From Pirellulales bacterium (GTDB lineage Bacteria; Planctomycetota; Planctomycetia; Pirellulales; UBA1268), in assembly GCA_044342075.1 (NCBI GenBank), contig JBIIQM010000003.1, positions 4,736-68,735 of the forward strand: 64,000 bases of DNA, given 5' to 3'. A model generated the notes under the pieces. It did not search any database. It had not been told where the DNA came from and saw nothing but the letters and a program-made list of their open reading frames with translations. The position numbers were made by a program, and so were the translations under genes. Below, in pieces: positions 54,286 to 63,702 of this stretch (position 1 is the stretch's first letter; the number at the start of each line of letters is the position of its first letter).

Positions 54286-55710
54286 TCACTTGCCGATGCA
54301 GTGGCGAGCGAAGATTCGATCGATGAGGTCGTTGCCGAGTTCGGCGCCGGTTACCTCGCCGAGCGCCGCGATCGCGCGGCCGAGATGAGCAGCCACGATC
54401 GCCTCGTCGCAGGCCGCTCCCTTTTGCGCCGCTTCGGCGATCGTGGCGGCCGCGGCGAGGCTCTGCCGCGCAGCGTCGATGCCCACACGCATCCGCACGG
54501 TCGCGCCGGTCGAGGCGGCGGGGAGCGCTGCCACTTCCCGCAGGATCGCCCGCCGCAGGCCGTCGATGCCGGTGCCGTCGCGGCTGCTCGTGCGGAAGGC
54601 GGCGCTCTGCTCGGGAATCGCCTCGACACGCGCGTGCGGCGCGCGATCGCACCTGGTGACCACGTCGATCTTTCGCGCGGTTTGAAACCGGTTGCCATCT
54701 CCCCGCGTAGGCCCATCCGCCGCGTCGCGGCAGACGACGACGAGATCGGCCCGCTCCGCCTCCGCCACGGCCCGGGCTGCCGCCTCGCGGCCGATCGCCC
54801 CCTCCCCCGTGCCTCCATCGACGCCCGCCACGTCGACGAGCAGGCAGGCCACGCCCTCTTCCTCGAGCCGGGCCGCGATCCAGTCGCGGGTCGTGCCCGC
54901 CTCGTCGGCCACGAGCGCCGCCTCATGGCCGACGAGCGCGTTGAAGAGGCTGCTCTTGCCGATGTTGGGCGGACCCGCGATCACGACCCGCGGCAGCCGC
55001 CCCGCCTCGCCCGTATCACGCGCGGTGAGCCGGCTGGCGATCGCCTCGAGCGCGGCCGACGTGGCCGACAACCGCGTTTCAACACCGCCCCAGAATGATT
55101 GGACGGCGACGGGGATCGCGTCGGGGGCGTGCTCGTCGGAGAAGTCGATCACCGCCTCGATGTCGGCGAGCAGATCGAGGATCGCATCGCGCAGGGCCTT
55201 GAGCTCGCGGCCCGCGCCGCCGGCCATCCGGTCGAGCGCCGCGGAGAGCTCGGCGGGCGAACGGGCATCGACGACGGCGAGCACGGCCTCCGCCTGCAGC
55301 AAATCGAGCCGGCCAGCCAGGAAGCTTCGCAGCGAAAACTCGCCGCCGCGAGCCAGCCGTGCCCCGTGGCGACACGCCTCCGCGACCACCGCATCGACCA
55401 GCGGCGTCGATGCCGGTAGCTGAACCTCCGCGAGCGGCCCTCCCATGGGGCCGGCGGGGCCGGGCCAGTGGAGGATCTCCAGGTCGAGTTCGCCCCACTC
55501 ATCGGCAAGCACGGGCCCCAGCCGCGCTGCGACCAGCCGCGGCCGCTCGCCGGCCTTGGCAAAGCCTCCACCGGGCTGGGGCGTGAAGAGCGCGCCGAGC
55601 AGACGGTCGAGCCCGCCGCCAGCCATCCGCACGATCGCCCGCGCGCCCGCGCCGCCCGCGGTGGCCGGCGCAATGATCAGGGCGTCGATCGCGTCGGGAA
55701 GGTGCCGCAT
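54286..55710 (-). CDS. mnmE: tRNA modification GTPase MnmE
   Basis: The ORF is 474 aa. It has the G1 motif GPPNIGKSSLFNAL, then DEAGTTRD, and the C-terminal CIGK. Confidence 0.85.
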   Translation of the reverse strand: MRHLPDAIDALIIAPATAGGAGARAIVRMAGGGLDRLLGALFTPQPGGGFAKAGERPRLVAARLGPVLADEWGELDLEILHWPGPAGPMGGPLAEVQLPASTPLVDAVVAEACRHGARLARGGEFSLRSFLAGRLDLLQAEAVLAVVDARSPAELSAALDRMAGGAGRELKALRDAILDLLADIEAVIDFSDEHAPDAIPVAVQSFWGGVETRLSATSAALEAIASRLTARDTGEAGRLPRVVIAGPPNIGKSSLFNALVGHEAALVADEAGTTRDWIAARLEEEGVACLLVDVAGVDGGTGEGAIGREAAARAVAEAERADLVVVCRDAADGPTRGDGNRFQTARKIDVVTRCDRAPHARVEAIPEQSAAFRTSSRDGTGIDGLRRAILREVAALPAASTGATVRMRVGIDAARQSLAAAATIAEAAQKGAACDEAIVAAHLGRAIAALGEVTGAELGNDLIDRIFARHCIGK

Positions 55711-55723
55711 GGGGTTTGGACAA

Positions 55724-55768
55724 GACAGGCTGAAGCCGGTTTCAGTGACAGGCTGAAGCCTGTCCTAC
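55724..55768. repeat. Degenerate plus perfect REP copies; the perfect copy contains the yidC stop
   Basis: GACAGGCTGAAGCCGGT lies at 55724-55740. GACAGGCTGAAGCCTGTCCTAC lies at 55747-55768. Confidence 0.9.
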
Positions 55769-58089
55769 CGTTGCTTGCGGGCCTTGCGCTTCTGCCGCGC
55801 GGCGTCGGCCGCCGGCGGCTTCGGCTTGCCCGCCGACACGAATGGCACGTCGAACGTGCGGGTGGGCGCCGGCGCGCCGCCGGAGACCGCTCCGGCCGCC
55901 GCGGTCGCGGGCGCCGCCGTCGGCAGCAGCAGCCGCTCGGCGATGCCCCAGAGGCTCGACGCGATGAAGTAGACGCACAATCCGCACGGCACCTTGAAGA
56001 ACATCAGCGCCATGAAAAACATCATGTACTTCATCACCTGCTGTTGCACCCGCGCCTGCTCGTCGACGGCGGGCGGCATGAAGAGGTGCTGCTGCCAGAG
56101 GAAGAGCCCGATCGTGGCCAGCGGGAAGAGGTTGAGAAACGGCCCCAGCCAGCCCTCGGGGGCGACGAGGAAGTCCGGCAGGATCCGCGACCAGTCGTAG
56201 AACATGTCGGGCGCGGCGAGGTTCGAGCACCAGCGGATCGCCGAGCTGAAGAGCGGCGCCTGCCGCAGCTCGACGTCGGTCGCCAGCGACCGGTAGAGCC
56301 CCATGAAGATCGGGATCTGGATAAAGACGAGCAGGCAGCCGCCCATCGGGTTGTAGTCGTGCTTCCGCCAGAGCTCCTGCGTGGCCTTCGTCCGCTTCTC
56401 GGGCTCGTTCTTGTATTTCTCGGCGATCGCTTTCATCTCGGGCTGCAGCACCTGCATCTTCTGCGACGAGAGCGCCTGCTTGCGGCTGACCGGGAACATC
56501 GCTCCGCGGACCATCACCGTGAGCAGCAGGATCGCGATGCCGTAGTTGCCTATGAGTGCATGGATCGCGTGTAGGATCGCGACCATCGGGCGGGCCACCC
56601 AGCCGAACCAGCCGTAGTAGACGAGGTCGTCCATCCGCGCCTTGTCAGCACCAAAGGCGGCGAGCAACTCGGGCTTCTTGGGCCCGGCGAAGACGCCGTA
56701 GCGATGCTTCACCGTGCCGCCGGGAGGAACCGCGACCTCGCGCGAGACGAGCCGGCAGGTGACATCGACGAGCTTGCGACGGGCGGCGGCCGGCACGTCG
56801 CCGACGACCAGCGGCCGGACCTCCTCGAGCGCGGGCGCCTCGGGGCCCTCGGTCGCGGGAATCAGGGCCGACGCGAAGTAGAGCGCATCGACGCCGGCGA
56901 AGGAGAGCGGCTTCTCCTCGCGGACGGCGGTGGCGGGGGGCATGGCGTCGCCGGCGGGTGCGACGGCGGCCTCCGCCAGTTTCAAGCCGCTCACGAGTGT
57001 GCTCTGCTCGCCGACGAAACGCATCGCCACGTCGCGCACCGCGAGGGTGCCCCAGTCGCGGGCCACGCGGGCGGTGTACCACCAGCCCTCGGTCGGCAGG
57101 CCGGTCGGGCCGTCGAGCGCATAGACCACGCGGGACTCCCTGTCGCCCGCGCCGAATTCAACGACGAGGTCGAGGCGGTAGCCATCCTGGCCATCGGCCA
57201 GCAGACGGTATTCCTTCGCGACCCGGAGGCCGCCGGGCAGTTCCGTCGCGAACCGCACGCCGTTGCCGTCGGCCTTCTCCACCACCCAATCGCGGTCGGC
57301 CAGTTCCTGGCCCGGAATCTCGCCGAGGGGCTCACCCCGCCGTGCGCCGTCCCGCGACTCGAGCGACAGCCGGAACGAGAGCGGATCGTGGGGCCGGCCA
57401 TCCGGATCGTCGATGGGAAGCGTGCGATATTCAGGCCGCACCACCTCGAGTGGCCGGCGGCCCAAAACGACGTCGCGGGCCTCCGTGCGTCCATCGCGGA
57501 CGACCTCGATGGCGACCCGTTGACCCGGCTTCATCGTGGCGAGGGTCTTGAGAAGCGTCTCTGGGTCGGGCGTGGCCGTGCCGCCGACCGTGGCGATCAC
57601 GTCTCCCACCGCGAGGCCGGCGGCTTTCGCAGGGGTGCCGTCGCCGACGATGCCGATCCGGCATCCCGACGGCGTCTCCTCGAGAGCCAGGTGGCCGAGA
57701 TAGCCGGACCAATCATCCTGATCGAGATACCGCTTGCCGGCGAGTTCGATCCGCTCGACGGCGGCGCCGCGGCTGGTGAGGGTGACGAGCATCCGTGCCG
57801 GCGAATCCGGATCGAGCGAGCCGAGCACATGGCGGGCGCGCGGGCCGGCGGCAGGCCGCTCGCCGTCGGTCGTCGAGGCGGGCGCCGCAGCGATCGCGGC
57901 CGTGGACGATTCGCCCGCAGTTGTGGCGGCTTCAGTCGCCGCGGCCGGAGCCGGAGCCGCAGCGGCACCCTGCTTGTTTTCATTGGCCGGCTGCCGCGCA
58001 GGCCGCGGAAACAGGTAGGCCTGCAGCGCCTGGCTGCCGAGCAGGATCGCGAACGAGATCAGGGCAAACTGGATGTAGCGGCGTTCCAC
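55765..58089 (-). CDS. yidC: Membrane protein insertase YidC with an enlarged periplasmic domain that contains a PDZ-like module
   Basis: I trim the track ORF to GTG 58089 (VERRYIQFALISFAILLG). The conserved core reads YGIAILLLTVMVRGAMFPVSRKQ...MGGCLLVFIQIPIFMGLY. The PDZ-like segment reads GCRIGIVGDGTPAKAAGLAVGDVIATVGG...PGQRVAIEVVRDG. Confidence 0.85.
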   Translation of the reverse strand: MERRYIQFALISFAILLGSQALQAYLFPRPARQPANENKQGAAAAPAPAAATEAATTAGESSTAAIAAAPASTTDGERPAAGPRARHVLGSLDPDSPARMLVTLTSRGAAVERIELAGKRYLDQDDWSGYLGHLALEETPSGCRIGIVGDGTPAKAAGLAVGDVIATVGGTATPDPETLLKTLATMKPGQRVAIEVVRDGRTEARDVVLGRRPLEVVRPEYRTLPIDDPDGRPHDPLSFRLSLESRDGARRGEPLGEIPGQELADRDWVVEKADGNGVRFATELPGGLRVAKEYRLLADGQDGYRLDLVVEFGAGDRESRVVYALDGPTGLPTEGWWYTARVARDWGTLAVRDVAMRFVGEQSTLVSGLKLAEAAVAPAGDAMPPATAVREEKPLSFAGVDALYFASALIPATEGPEAPALEEVRPLVVGDVPAAARRKLVDVTCRLVSREVAVPPGGTVKHRYGVFAGPKKPELLAAFGADKARMDDLVYYGWFGWVARPMVAILHAIHALIGNYGIAILLLTVMVRGAMFPVSRKQALSSQKMQVLQPEMKAIAEKYKNEPEKRTKATQELWRKHDYNPMGGCLLVFIQIPIFMGLYRSLATDVELRQAPLFSSAIRWCSNLAAPDMFYDWSRILPDFLVAPEGWLGPFLNLFPLATIGLFLWQQHLFMPPAVDEQARVQQQVMKYMMFFMALMFFKVPCGLCVYFIASSLWGIAERLLLPTAAPATAAAGAVSGGAPAPTRTFDVPFVSAGKPKPPAADAARQKRKARKQR

Positions 58090-58173
58090 GGATGATTCCA
58101 AGAAGAAGCGAAAACGGCAGTATAGAGCGCGGCAGCACAAAACCGAACCAACTCACGCCCACCGCTGGGCGAA

Positions 58174-58303
58174 GGCGAGGGGGTCGGCGGAAGCGTGACG
58201 AGCATTTGGCCCGAGTCCGCGAGGGACACCGCGAGGCACCTTCTGCCGCCCCCGAGCCGGTGCGACGCCAGTTGAGATCCGCTTCGGGACGAAGCGGTCT
58301 ACT
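58174..58303 (+). repeat. Family B composite repeat, copy 3 (central segment replaced)
   Basis: It shares GGCGAGGGGGTCGGCGGAAGCGTGACGAGC and CACCTTCTGCCGCCCCCGAGCCGGTGCGACGCCAGTTGAGATC with copy 1. It ends in CGCTTCGGGACGAAGCGGTCTAC. Confidence 0.85.
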
Positions 58304-58309
58304 TTGGCC

Positions 58310-59080
58310 TTACCGGCCTTGAGTGAGCCGGTCGCCGAGGAAATTGTCGAGGTCGCCGATCGCGTGGATCTTCCGGCAGGTGACGTCGAACGGGTATTCG
58401 ATCCGCCGATACCGCACGGCCTGGTCGTCTTCGAGGATCACGTAACAGGCGCGGCGGTCGCCGTCGCGGGGCTGGCCGACGGAGCCGACGTTCACCATCG
58501 CCTTGCCGGGCGGCAGCGGCAGCCGGCATTCGACGCTGCCGGCGGGGATGTTGGGCGAGATGAATTCCGGCGCGGGCGTGAAGACGCCGGGAATGTGGGT
58601 ATGCCCCTGGAAGCAGTAGCGGCCGACGAGTTCGAAGATGTGCTCCATCTTCAGCGGGTTGTAGATGTCTTCCGGAAAGACATATTCGTCGAGCGGCCGC
58701 CGCGCGGAGCCGTGCACGAAGAGCAGGTCGCCGTCGGTGTGCATCCGCGGCAACTCGCCGAGAAAGTCGGTGAGCCGATCCGCGGAGTGCTTCGGCATCC
58801 GGTCGTGATGTTCGAGCTGCTGCCGCGTCCAGCGGATCGCCTTCTCCGCCCCGACATTGAATCCGTCCGGGTCGAAGAGCGCCCCCTGGTCGTGGTTGCC
58901 GAGGATCACGAGGCTGCAGCGATCGCGGACGATCGTGGCGCATTCGCACGGATTGGGGCCGTAGCCGACGACATCGCCGAGGCAATAGATGGCGTCCACC
59001 CCCTGCCGGTCGATATCCTCGAGCACCGCGCGGAGCGCCTCGAGATTGCCGTGAACGTCGCTGATGATGGCCCGCTTCAC
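58310..59080 (-). CDS. Calcineurin-like metallophosphoesterase
   Basis: I prefer GTG 59080 as the start, but ATG 59194 is also possible. Motifs present are [20 protein letters not shown] and GHTH. Confidence 0.7.
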   Translation of the reverse strand: MKRAIISDVHGNLEALRAVLEDIDRQGVDAIYCLGDVVGYGPNPCECATIVRDRCSLVILGNHDQGALFDPDGFNVGAEKAIRWTRQQLEHHDRMPKHSADRLTDFLGELPRMHTDGDLLFVHGSARRPLDEYVFPEDIYNPLKMEHIFELVGRYCFQGHTHIPGVFTPAPEFISPNIPAGSVECRLPLPPGKAMVNVGSVGQPRDGDRRACYVILEDDQAVRYRRIEYPFDVTCRKIHAIGDLDNFLGDRLTQGR

Positions 59081-59184
59081 TCGTGCTCGATCCCGCTCGC
59101 GGGCCCTGGCATTGTCTGGGAAAGCATGTGACTCTACGCAACGGCCTGAATGACGGTCAAGCAGTCCCACCCCCTGCCCTACCC

Positions 59185-59886
59185 ATGAAAACACTCGCCA
59201 TCGACTCGAGCCTTGCCGCCGGTTCCGTGGCCGCGCTCTCGAACGGCACGGTCGCCGAGGAGCGGCTCCCCACCGCCGGTGAGCATGCGCGGCGGCTGGC
59301 GGCCGCGATCGATGCCATGGCGGCGAGATTGGGCTGGTCGACCCGCGATGCCGAGCTGGTCGCCGTGGTCCGCGGGCCGGGATCGTTCACCGGGCTGCGG
59401 GTCGGGCTTGCCACGGCGAAGGCCATCGCCTGGGCGACGGGGGCGACGCTCATCGGCGTCTCGGGTTTCGAGCTCATCGCCCGCGCGTCGGCGCGGCAGA
59501 CGGGCCGTGAAGCCGTCGACATTCATGTGGCCTACGACGCCGGCCGCGGCGATCTCTTCGTGGCCGCCGTCGCGCCCGCGGCCGACATCGCCGGCGGCTG
59601 GCGGGTGGGCGAGCCGCGGCTCGTGACGGCGGGCGATTGGCTCGCGTCGCTTCCGCGCGGCGCGGTCGTCTCGGGCCCCGGGCTGACGATCGTCGGCGGT
59701 GGGCTCGCGGCGCGATCCGATCTGGTCGTGGCGCCGAGCGAGGCATGGCTGCCGACCGCGGCCGCCGCGGGGGCCTTGGCGATCGAACTCGCGGCGGCGG
59801 GGCGGGCCGACGACCCGCATGCCCTCGTGCCCGATTACCTGCGGCCCAGCTATGCCGACGAGACCGCGGCCCGGTCTTTCGGCTAG
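59185..59886 (+). CDS. tsaB: tRNA threonylcarbamoyladenosine biosynthesis protein TsaB
   Basis: I trim the track ORF to ATG 59185. The sequence begins [18 protein letters not shown] and contains [20 protein letters not shown]. Confidence 0.8.
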   Translation: MKTLAIDSSLAAGSVAALSNGTVAEERLPTAGEHARRLAAAIDAMAARLGWSTRDAELVAVVRGPGSFTGLRVGLATAKAIAWATGATLIGVSGFELIARASARQTGREAVDIHVAYDAGRGDLFVAAVAPAADIAGGWRVGEPRLVTAGDWLASLPRGAVVSGPGLTIVGGGLAARSDLVVAPSEAWLPTAAAAGALAIELAAAGRADDPHALVPDYLRPSYADETAARSFG

Positions 59887-60001
59887 GCCGCGGCAGCCTC
59901 TATTCTGCCCCCGGCGAACGGCTACGATTGTCGCCATTGCCGGGCCTTTTTTGCCGGCCCGAAGTTTCTCCATCAGGCAGGCTGAGAAGGGTTAGGAAGT
60001 G

Positions 60002-63000
60002 ATGCGCCCCATCAAGAAGCTGCTCGTCGCCAACCGCAGCGAGATCGCGATCCGCGTCTTCCGTTCGGCGCACGAACTTGGCATCCGCACGGTCGCGATC
60101 TACGCCCACGAAGACCGCTTCGCCCTCCACCGCTTCAAGGCCGACGAAGCCTATCTCGTCGGCAAACCGGGCGAACCGATCCGCTCCTATCTCGACATCG
60201 AGGGGATCGTGGCGCTGGCGAAGGCGCACGGCGTCGATGCCATCCACCCGGGCTACGGCTTCCTTTCCGAAAATCCCGAATTCGCCGCCGCCTGCCAGAA
60301 GGCGGGTATCACGTTCGTCGGCCCGCGGGTGGAGTTGCTCCAGACGCTCGGCGACAAGACGGCCGCGCGCGAGCTTGCGAGCAAGGCCGGCGTGCCGATC
60401 CTCGCCGGCAGCTCGAAGCCGGTCGCGAGCTTCAACGACGCGCTCAAGATCGCCAAGGACCTCGGCTGGCCGGTGATCCTCAAGGCGGCCCACGGCGGCG
60501 GCGGCCGCGGCATGCGGGTGGTGCATGGCGAAGACGAGTTGGCCGTGGCGCTCGAAAGCGCCCAGCGCGAGAGCAAGACCGCCTTCGGCAGCGCGAGCGT
60601 GTTCGTCGAGAAATTCATCCAGCGGGCGCGGCACATCGAGGTGCAATTGCTCGGCGACCTCCACGGCGGCCTCGTGCATCTCTTCGAGCGGGATTGCTCG
60701 GTGCAGCGGCGGCACCAGAAGGTCGTGGAGGTGGCCCCCGCCCCCAACCTCGCCCCGAACATGCGGGCCGACATCTGCGAGGCCGCGCTCGCGATCGGCC
60801 GCACGGCGAAATATGAAAACGCCGGCACCGTCGAGTTTCTCGTCGATGCCGACACCGGCCGCTTCTACTTCATCGAGGTCAATCCGCGGATCCAGGTCGA
60901 GCACACCGTCACGGAAGAGATCACCGGCATCGACATCGTCCGCCGGCAGCTGCGGGTGGCCGAGGGCTACCGGCTCTCCGACCCGCAGATCGGGCTCGGC
61001 GACCAGGCGGCGATCAAGTCGATGGGCACGGCGATCCAATGCCGCGTCACGACCGAAGACCCGGAGAACCGCTTCCTGCCCGACTACGGCCGGATCACCG
61101 CCTACCGTTCGGCGAGCGGCATGGGCATCCGGCTCGATGCCGGCACGGCCTTTTCGGGCGCCGTCGTCACGCCCTACTTCGACTCGCTCTTGGTGAAGGT
61201 GACGGCCCGCGGGCTCAACCTCGACGAGTCCGCCGGGCATATCGAGCGCTGCCTGCAGGAATTCCGCGTCCGCGGCGTGAAGACCAACATCCCCTTCCTG
61301 ATCAATCTCGTCACGCACCCCGAGTTTCTCGCCGGCCGGTGCACCACGCGGTTCATCGACGAGACGCCCTCGCTCTTCGACTTCCCCGTGCGGCGCGACC
61401 GCGCCACGCGGGTGCTCGAATTCCTCGCCGACGTGATCGTCAACGGCAATCCGCTCGCCAAGGGGCGGCCGGCCGCGGTGCGGCGGACCCCTGCGCCGCT
61501 GCCGGAGTTCGACGCCTTCGCGCCGCCGCCGGCCGGCACCCGCACGAAGCTCAAAGAACTGGGCCCCGAGAAGTTCGCGGCCTGGGTCCGGCAGCAGAAG
61601 CGGCTCATGCTCACCGACACGACGATGCGCGACGCCCATCAGTCACTGCTCGCCACGCGGATGCGCACCTTCGATATGCTCGCCGCGGCCGATGCCTACG
61701 CCCGGATGACGGCGGGATTCTTCTCGCTCGAGATGTGGGGGGGCGCGACGTTCGACACGTCGATGCGGTTTCTGAAGGAATGCCCCTGGGATCGCCTGCT
61801 CCTGCTGCGCGAGCGAATCCCGAACGTGCTCTTCCAGATGCTCCTGCGGGCGAGCAATGCCGTCGGCTACACGAACTACCCCGACAACGTGGTGCAGGCC
61901 TTCGTGAAGGAATCGGCCGAGGCCGGCATCGACGTCTTCCGCGTGTTTGACCCGCTCAACTGGGTGCCGAACATGAAGGTGGCGATCGACGCCGTGCGCG
62001 AGAGCGGCGCGATCTGCGAGGCGGCGATCTGCTACACGGGCGACGTGCTCGATCCGAAGCGGCCGAAATACTCGCTCGACTATTACGTGAAGCTCGCGAA
62101 GGAGCTCGAGAAGCTCGGCGCCCACATGCTCGCCATCAAGGACATGGCCGGCCTCTGCAAGCCGTTCGCGGCCGGGAAGTTGGTGGCGGCGCTGCGTAAT
62201 GAAATCGGCATCCCGATCCACTTCCACACCCACGACACCTCGGGTGCGTCGCTCGCCAGCGCACTGGCGGCGGCCGAGGCGGGCGCCAGTGTGGTCGATG
62301 CGGCCTTCGCGCCGTTCGCCGGCCTCACGAGCCAGCCCAATCTCAACGCGATCGTCGAGGCGACCCGCAACACGCCGCTCGACACCGGCCTCGACCCGGA
62401 GCCGCTGCGGCACCTGGCCCACTACTGGGGAGCGGTCCGCGACCACTACACGGCGTTCGAGTGTGGCATGAAGTCGCCCGATGCCGATCTCTATCTCCAC
62501 GAGATGCCCGGCGGGCAGTTCACGAACCTGCTCGAACAGGCGAAGGCGCTCGGCCTCGGCGACCGTTGGGAAGAGGTCTGCCGCGCCTACGCGGACGTCA
62601 ACCATCTGCTCGGCGACATCGTGAAGGTGACGCCCACCAGCAAGTCGGTGGGCGACCTGGCGCTGATGCTCGTGACGAACGGCATGCATGCCTCCGATCT
62701 GCTCGCCGACTCCCGCGAACTGGCCTTCCCCGAGTCGGTGCTCGATCTCGTCGCGGGCCGGATGGGGCAGCCGCCCGGCGGTTTCCCGCCCGACGTCGTC
62801 AAGCGGATCGTGCGCGACGGCAAGACCGTCACCGGCCGCCCCGGCGAATCGATGCCGCCAGCCGACTTCAAGGCGGCGGAGAAGAAGACGTCGGAACTGC
62901 TCGGCCGCTTGGCATCGCCGAAGGAGGTGCTCTCCTGGCTGCTCTATCCGCGGGTCTTCCAGGACTTCGCGCAACACCAGTCCCGGTTTGGCGACGTGAG

Positions 63001-63451
63001 CGTGCTGCCGACGCCCGCCTTCCTCGAGGGCCCGAAGCCCGGCGAGGAACTCGCCGTGAGCATCGAGGAGGGCAAGACGCTGGTGATCCGGCTGCTCACC
63101 GTGGGCGAACCGCACGCCGACGGCACGCGGACGGTGTTCTTCGAGTTGAACGGCCAGCCGCGCAGCGTGTCGATCGCCGACAAGAGCCTCGAGGCGAAGG
63201 TCCAGCGACGCCCGAAGGCGGTGGCCGGCGACGCCCGCGAAGTGGGTGCGCCGATGCCGGGCTTGATCGTGACGGTGGCCGTCCGCCCGGGCGACACGAT
63301 CACGAAGGGGCAGAAGCTCCTTTCGCTCGAGGCGATGAAGATGGAGACGACGGTCTATGCCGACCGCGACGGCAAGATCGCCGAGGTGCTCGTCACGCCC
63401 GGCACGCCGGTCGAGGCGGGCGAACTCGTCGTCCGGTACGCGGACGCATAG
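60002..63451 (+). CDS. pyc: Pyruvate carboxylase
   Basis: The protein is ~1149 aa. It has a biotin carboxylase N-terminus (KKLLVANRSEIAIRVFR), a carboxyltransferase TIM barrel, and a C-terminal biotinyl domain with EAMKME. Confidence 0.95.
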   Translation: MRPIKKLLVANRSEIAIRVFRSAHELGIRTVAIYAHEDRFALHRFKADEAYLVGKPGEPIRSYLDIEGIVALAKAHGVDAIHPGYGFLSENPEFAAACQKAGITFVGPRVELLQTLGDKTAARELASKAGVPILAGSSKPVASFNDALKIAKDLGWPVILKAAHGGGGRGMRVVHGEDELAVALESAQRESKTAFGSASVFVEKFIQRARHIEVQLLGDLHGGLVHLFERDCSVQRRHQKVVEVAPAPNLAPNMRADICEAALAIGRTAKYENAGTVEFLVDADTGRFYFIEVNPRIQVEHTVTEEITGIDIVRRQLRVAEGYRLSDPQIGLGDQAAIKSMGTAIQCRVTTEDPENRFLPDYGRITAYRSASGMGIRLDAGTAFSGAVVTPYFDSLLVKVTARGLNLDESAGHIERCLQEFRVRGVKTNIPFLINLVTHPEFLAGRCTTRFIDETPSLFDFPVRRDRATRVLEFLADVIVNGNPLAKGRPAAVRRTPAPLPEFDAFAPPPAGTRTKLKELGPEKFAAWVRQQKRLMLTDTTMRDAHQSLLATRMRTFDMLAAADAYARMTAGFFSLEMWGGATFDTSMRFLKECPWDRLLLLRERIPNVLFQMLLRASNAVGYTNYPDNVVQAFVKESAEAGIDVFRVFDPLNWVPNMKVAIDAVRESGAICEAAICYTGDVLDPKRPKYSLDYYVKLAKELEKLGAHMLAIKDMAGLCKPFAAGKLVAALRNEIGIPIHFHTHDTSGASLASALAAAEAGASVVDAAFAPFAGLTSQPNLNAIVEATRNTPLDTGLDPEPLRHLAHYWGAVRDHYTAFECGMKSPDADLYLHEMPGGQFTNLLEQAKALGLGDRWEEVCRAYADVNHLLGDIVKVTPTSKSVGDLALMLVTNGMHASDLLADSRELAFPESVLDLVAGRMGQPPGGFPPDVVKRIVRDGKTVTGRPGESMPPADFKAAEKKTSELLGRLASPKEVLSWLLYPRVFQDFAQHQSRFGDVSVLPTPAFLEGPKPGEELAVSIEEGKTLVIRLLTVGEPHADGTRTVFFELNGQPRSVSIADKSLEAKVQRRPKAVAGDAREVGAPMPGLIVTVAVRPGDTITKGQKLLSLEAMKMETTVYADRDGKIAEVLVTPGTPVEAGELVVRYADA

Positions 63452-63470
63452 CCCGGCGCGGCCGCAAGCC

Positions 63471-63613
63471 GGCTTCGGGTGACCCGTACCCCGTCGCCGG
63501 ACGCTCGCTACGGACATCCTGTCCTTCGCTCGCTCGGATGCTGACTGCGCTTCGCCATCCTGGCTGCGCTTGTCAGCATACGCCGGCTCCCGGGGCACGG
63601 GTCACCCGAAGCC
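63471..63613 (-). repeat. Family A structured repeat, copy 4 (inverted)
   Basis: The element is 143 nt. By hand alignment it differs from copy 3 at about 5 positions. Confidence 0.9.
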
Positions 63614-63623
63614 TCCCGTTCTA

Positions 63624-63702
63624 GTAGGACAGGCTTCAGCCTGTCTTGAGTAGGACAGGCTTCAGCCTGTCTTGATTGATGACAGGCTGAAGCCTGTCCT
63701 AC
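63624..63702. repeat. Three REP copies (two direct, one inverted); the last contains the msrA stop
   Basis: GTAGGACAGGCTTCAGCCTGTC lies at 63624-63645 and 63650-63671. GACAGGCTGAAGCCTGTCCTAC lies at 63681-63702. Confidence 0.9.

Noticed and set aside
63624-63702. Closely spaced repeats here and at 20601-20726 and 55724-55768 could be mistaken for a mini-CRISPR array.
   Set aside because: There are only two or three units. The spacers are 4-9 nt. One unit is inverted. The same unit is scattered singly through the window, and no cas genes are present. These are REP/BIME-like elements.
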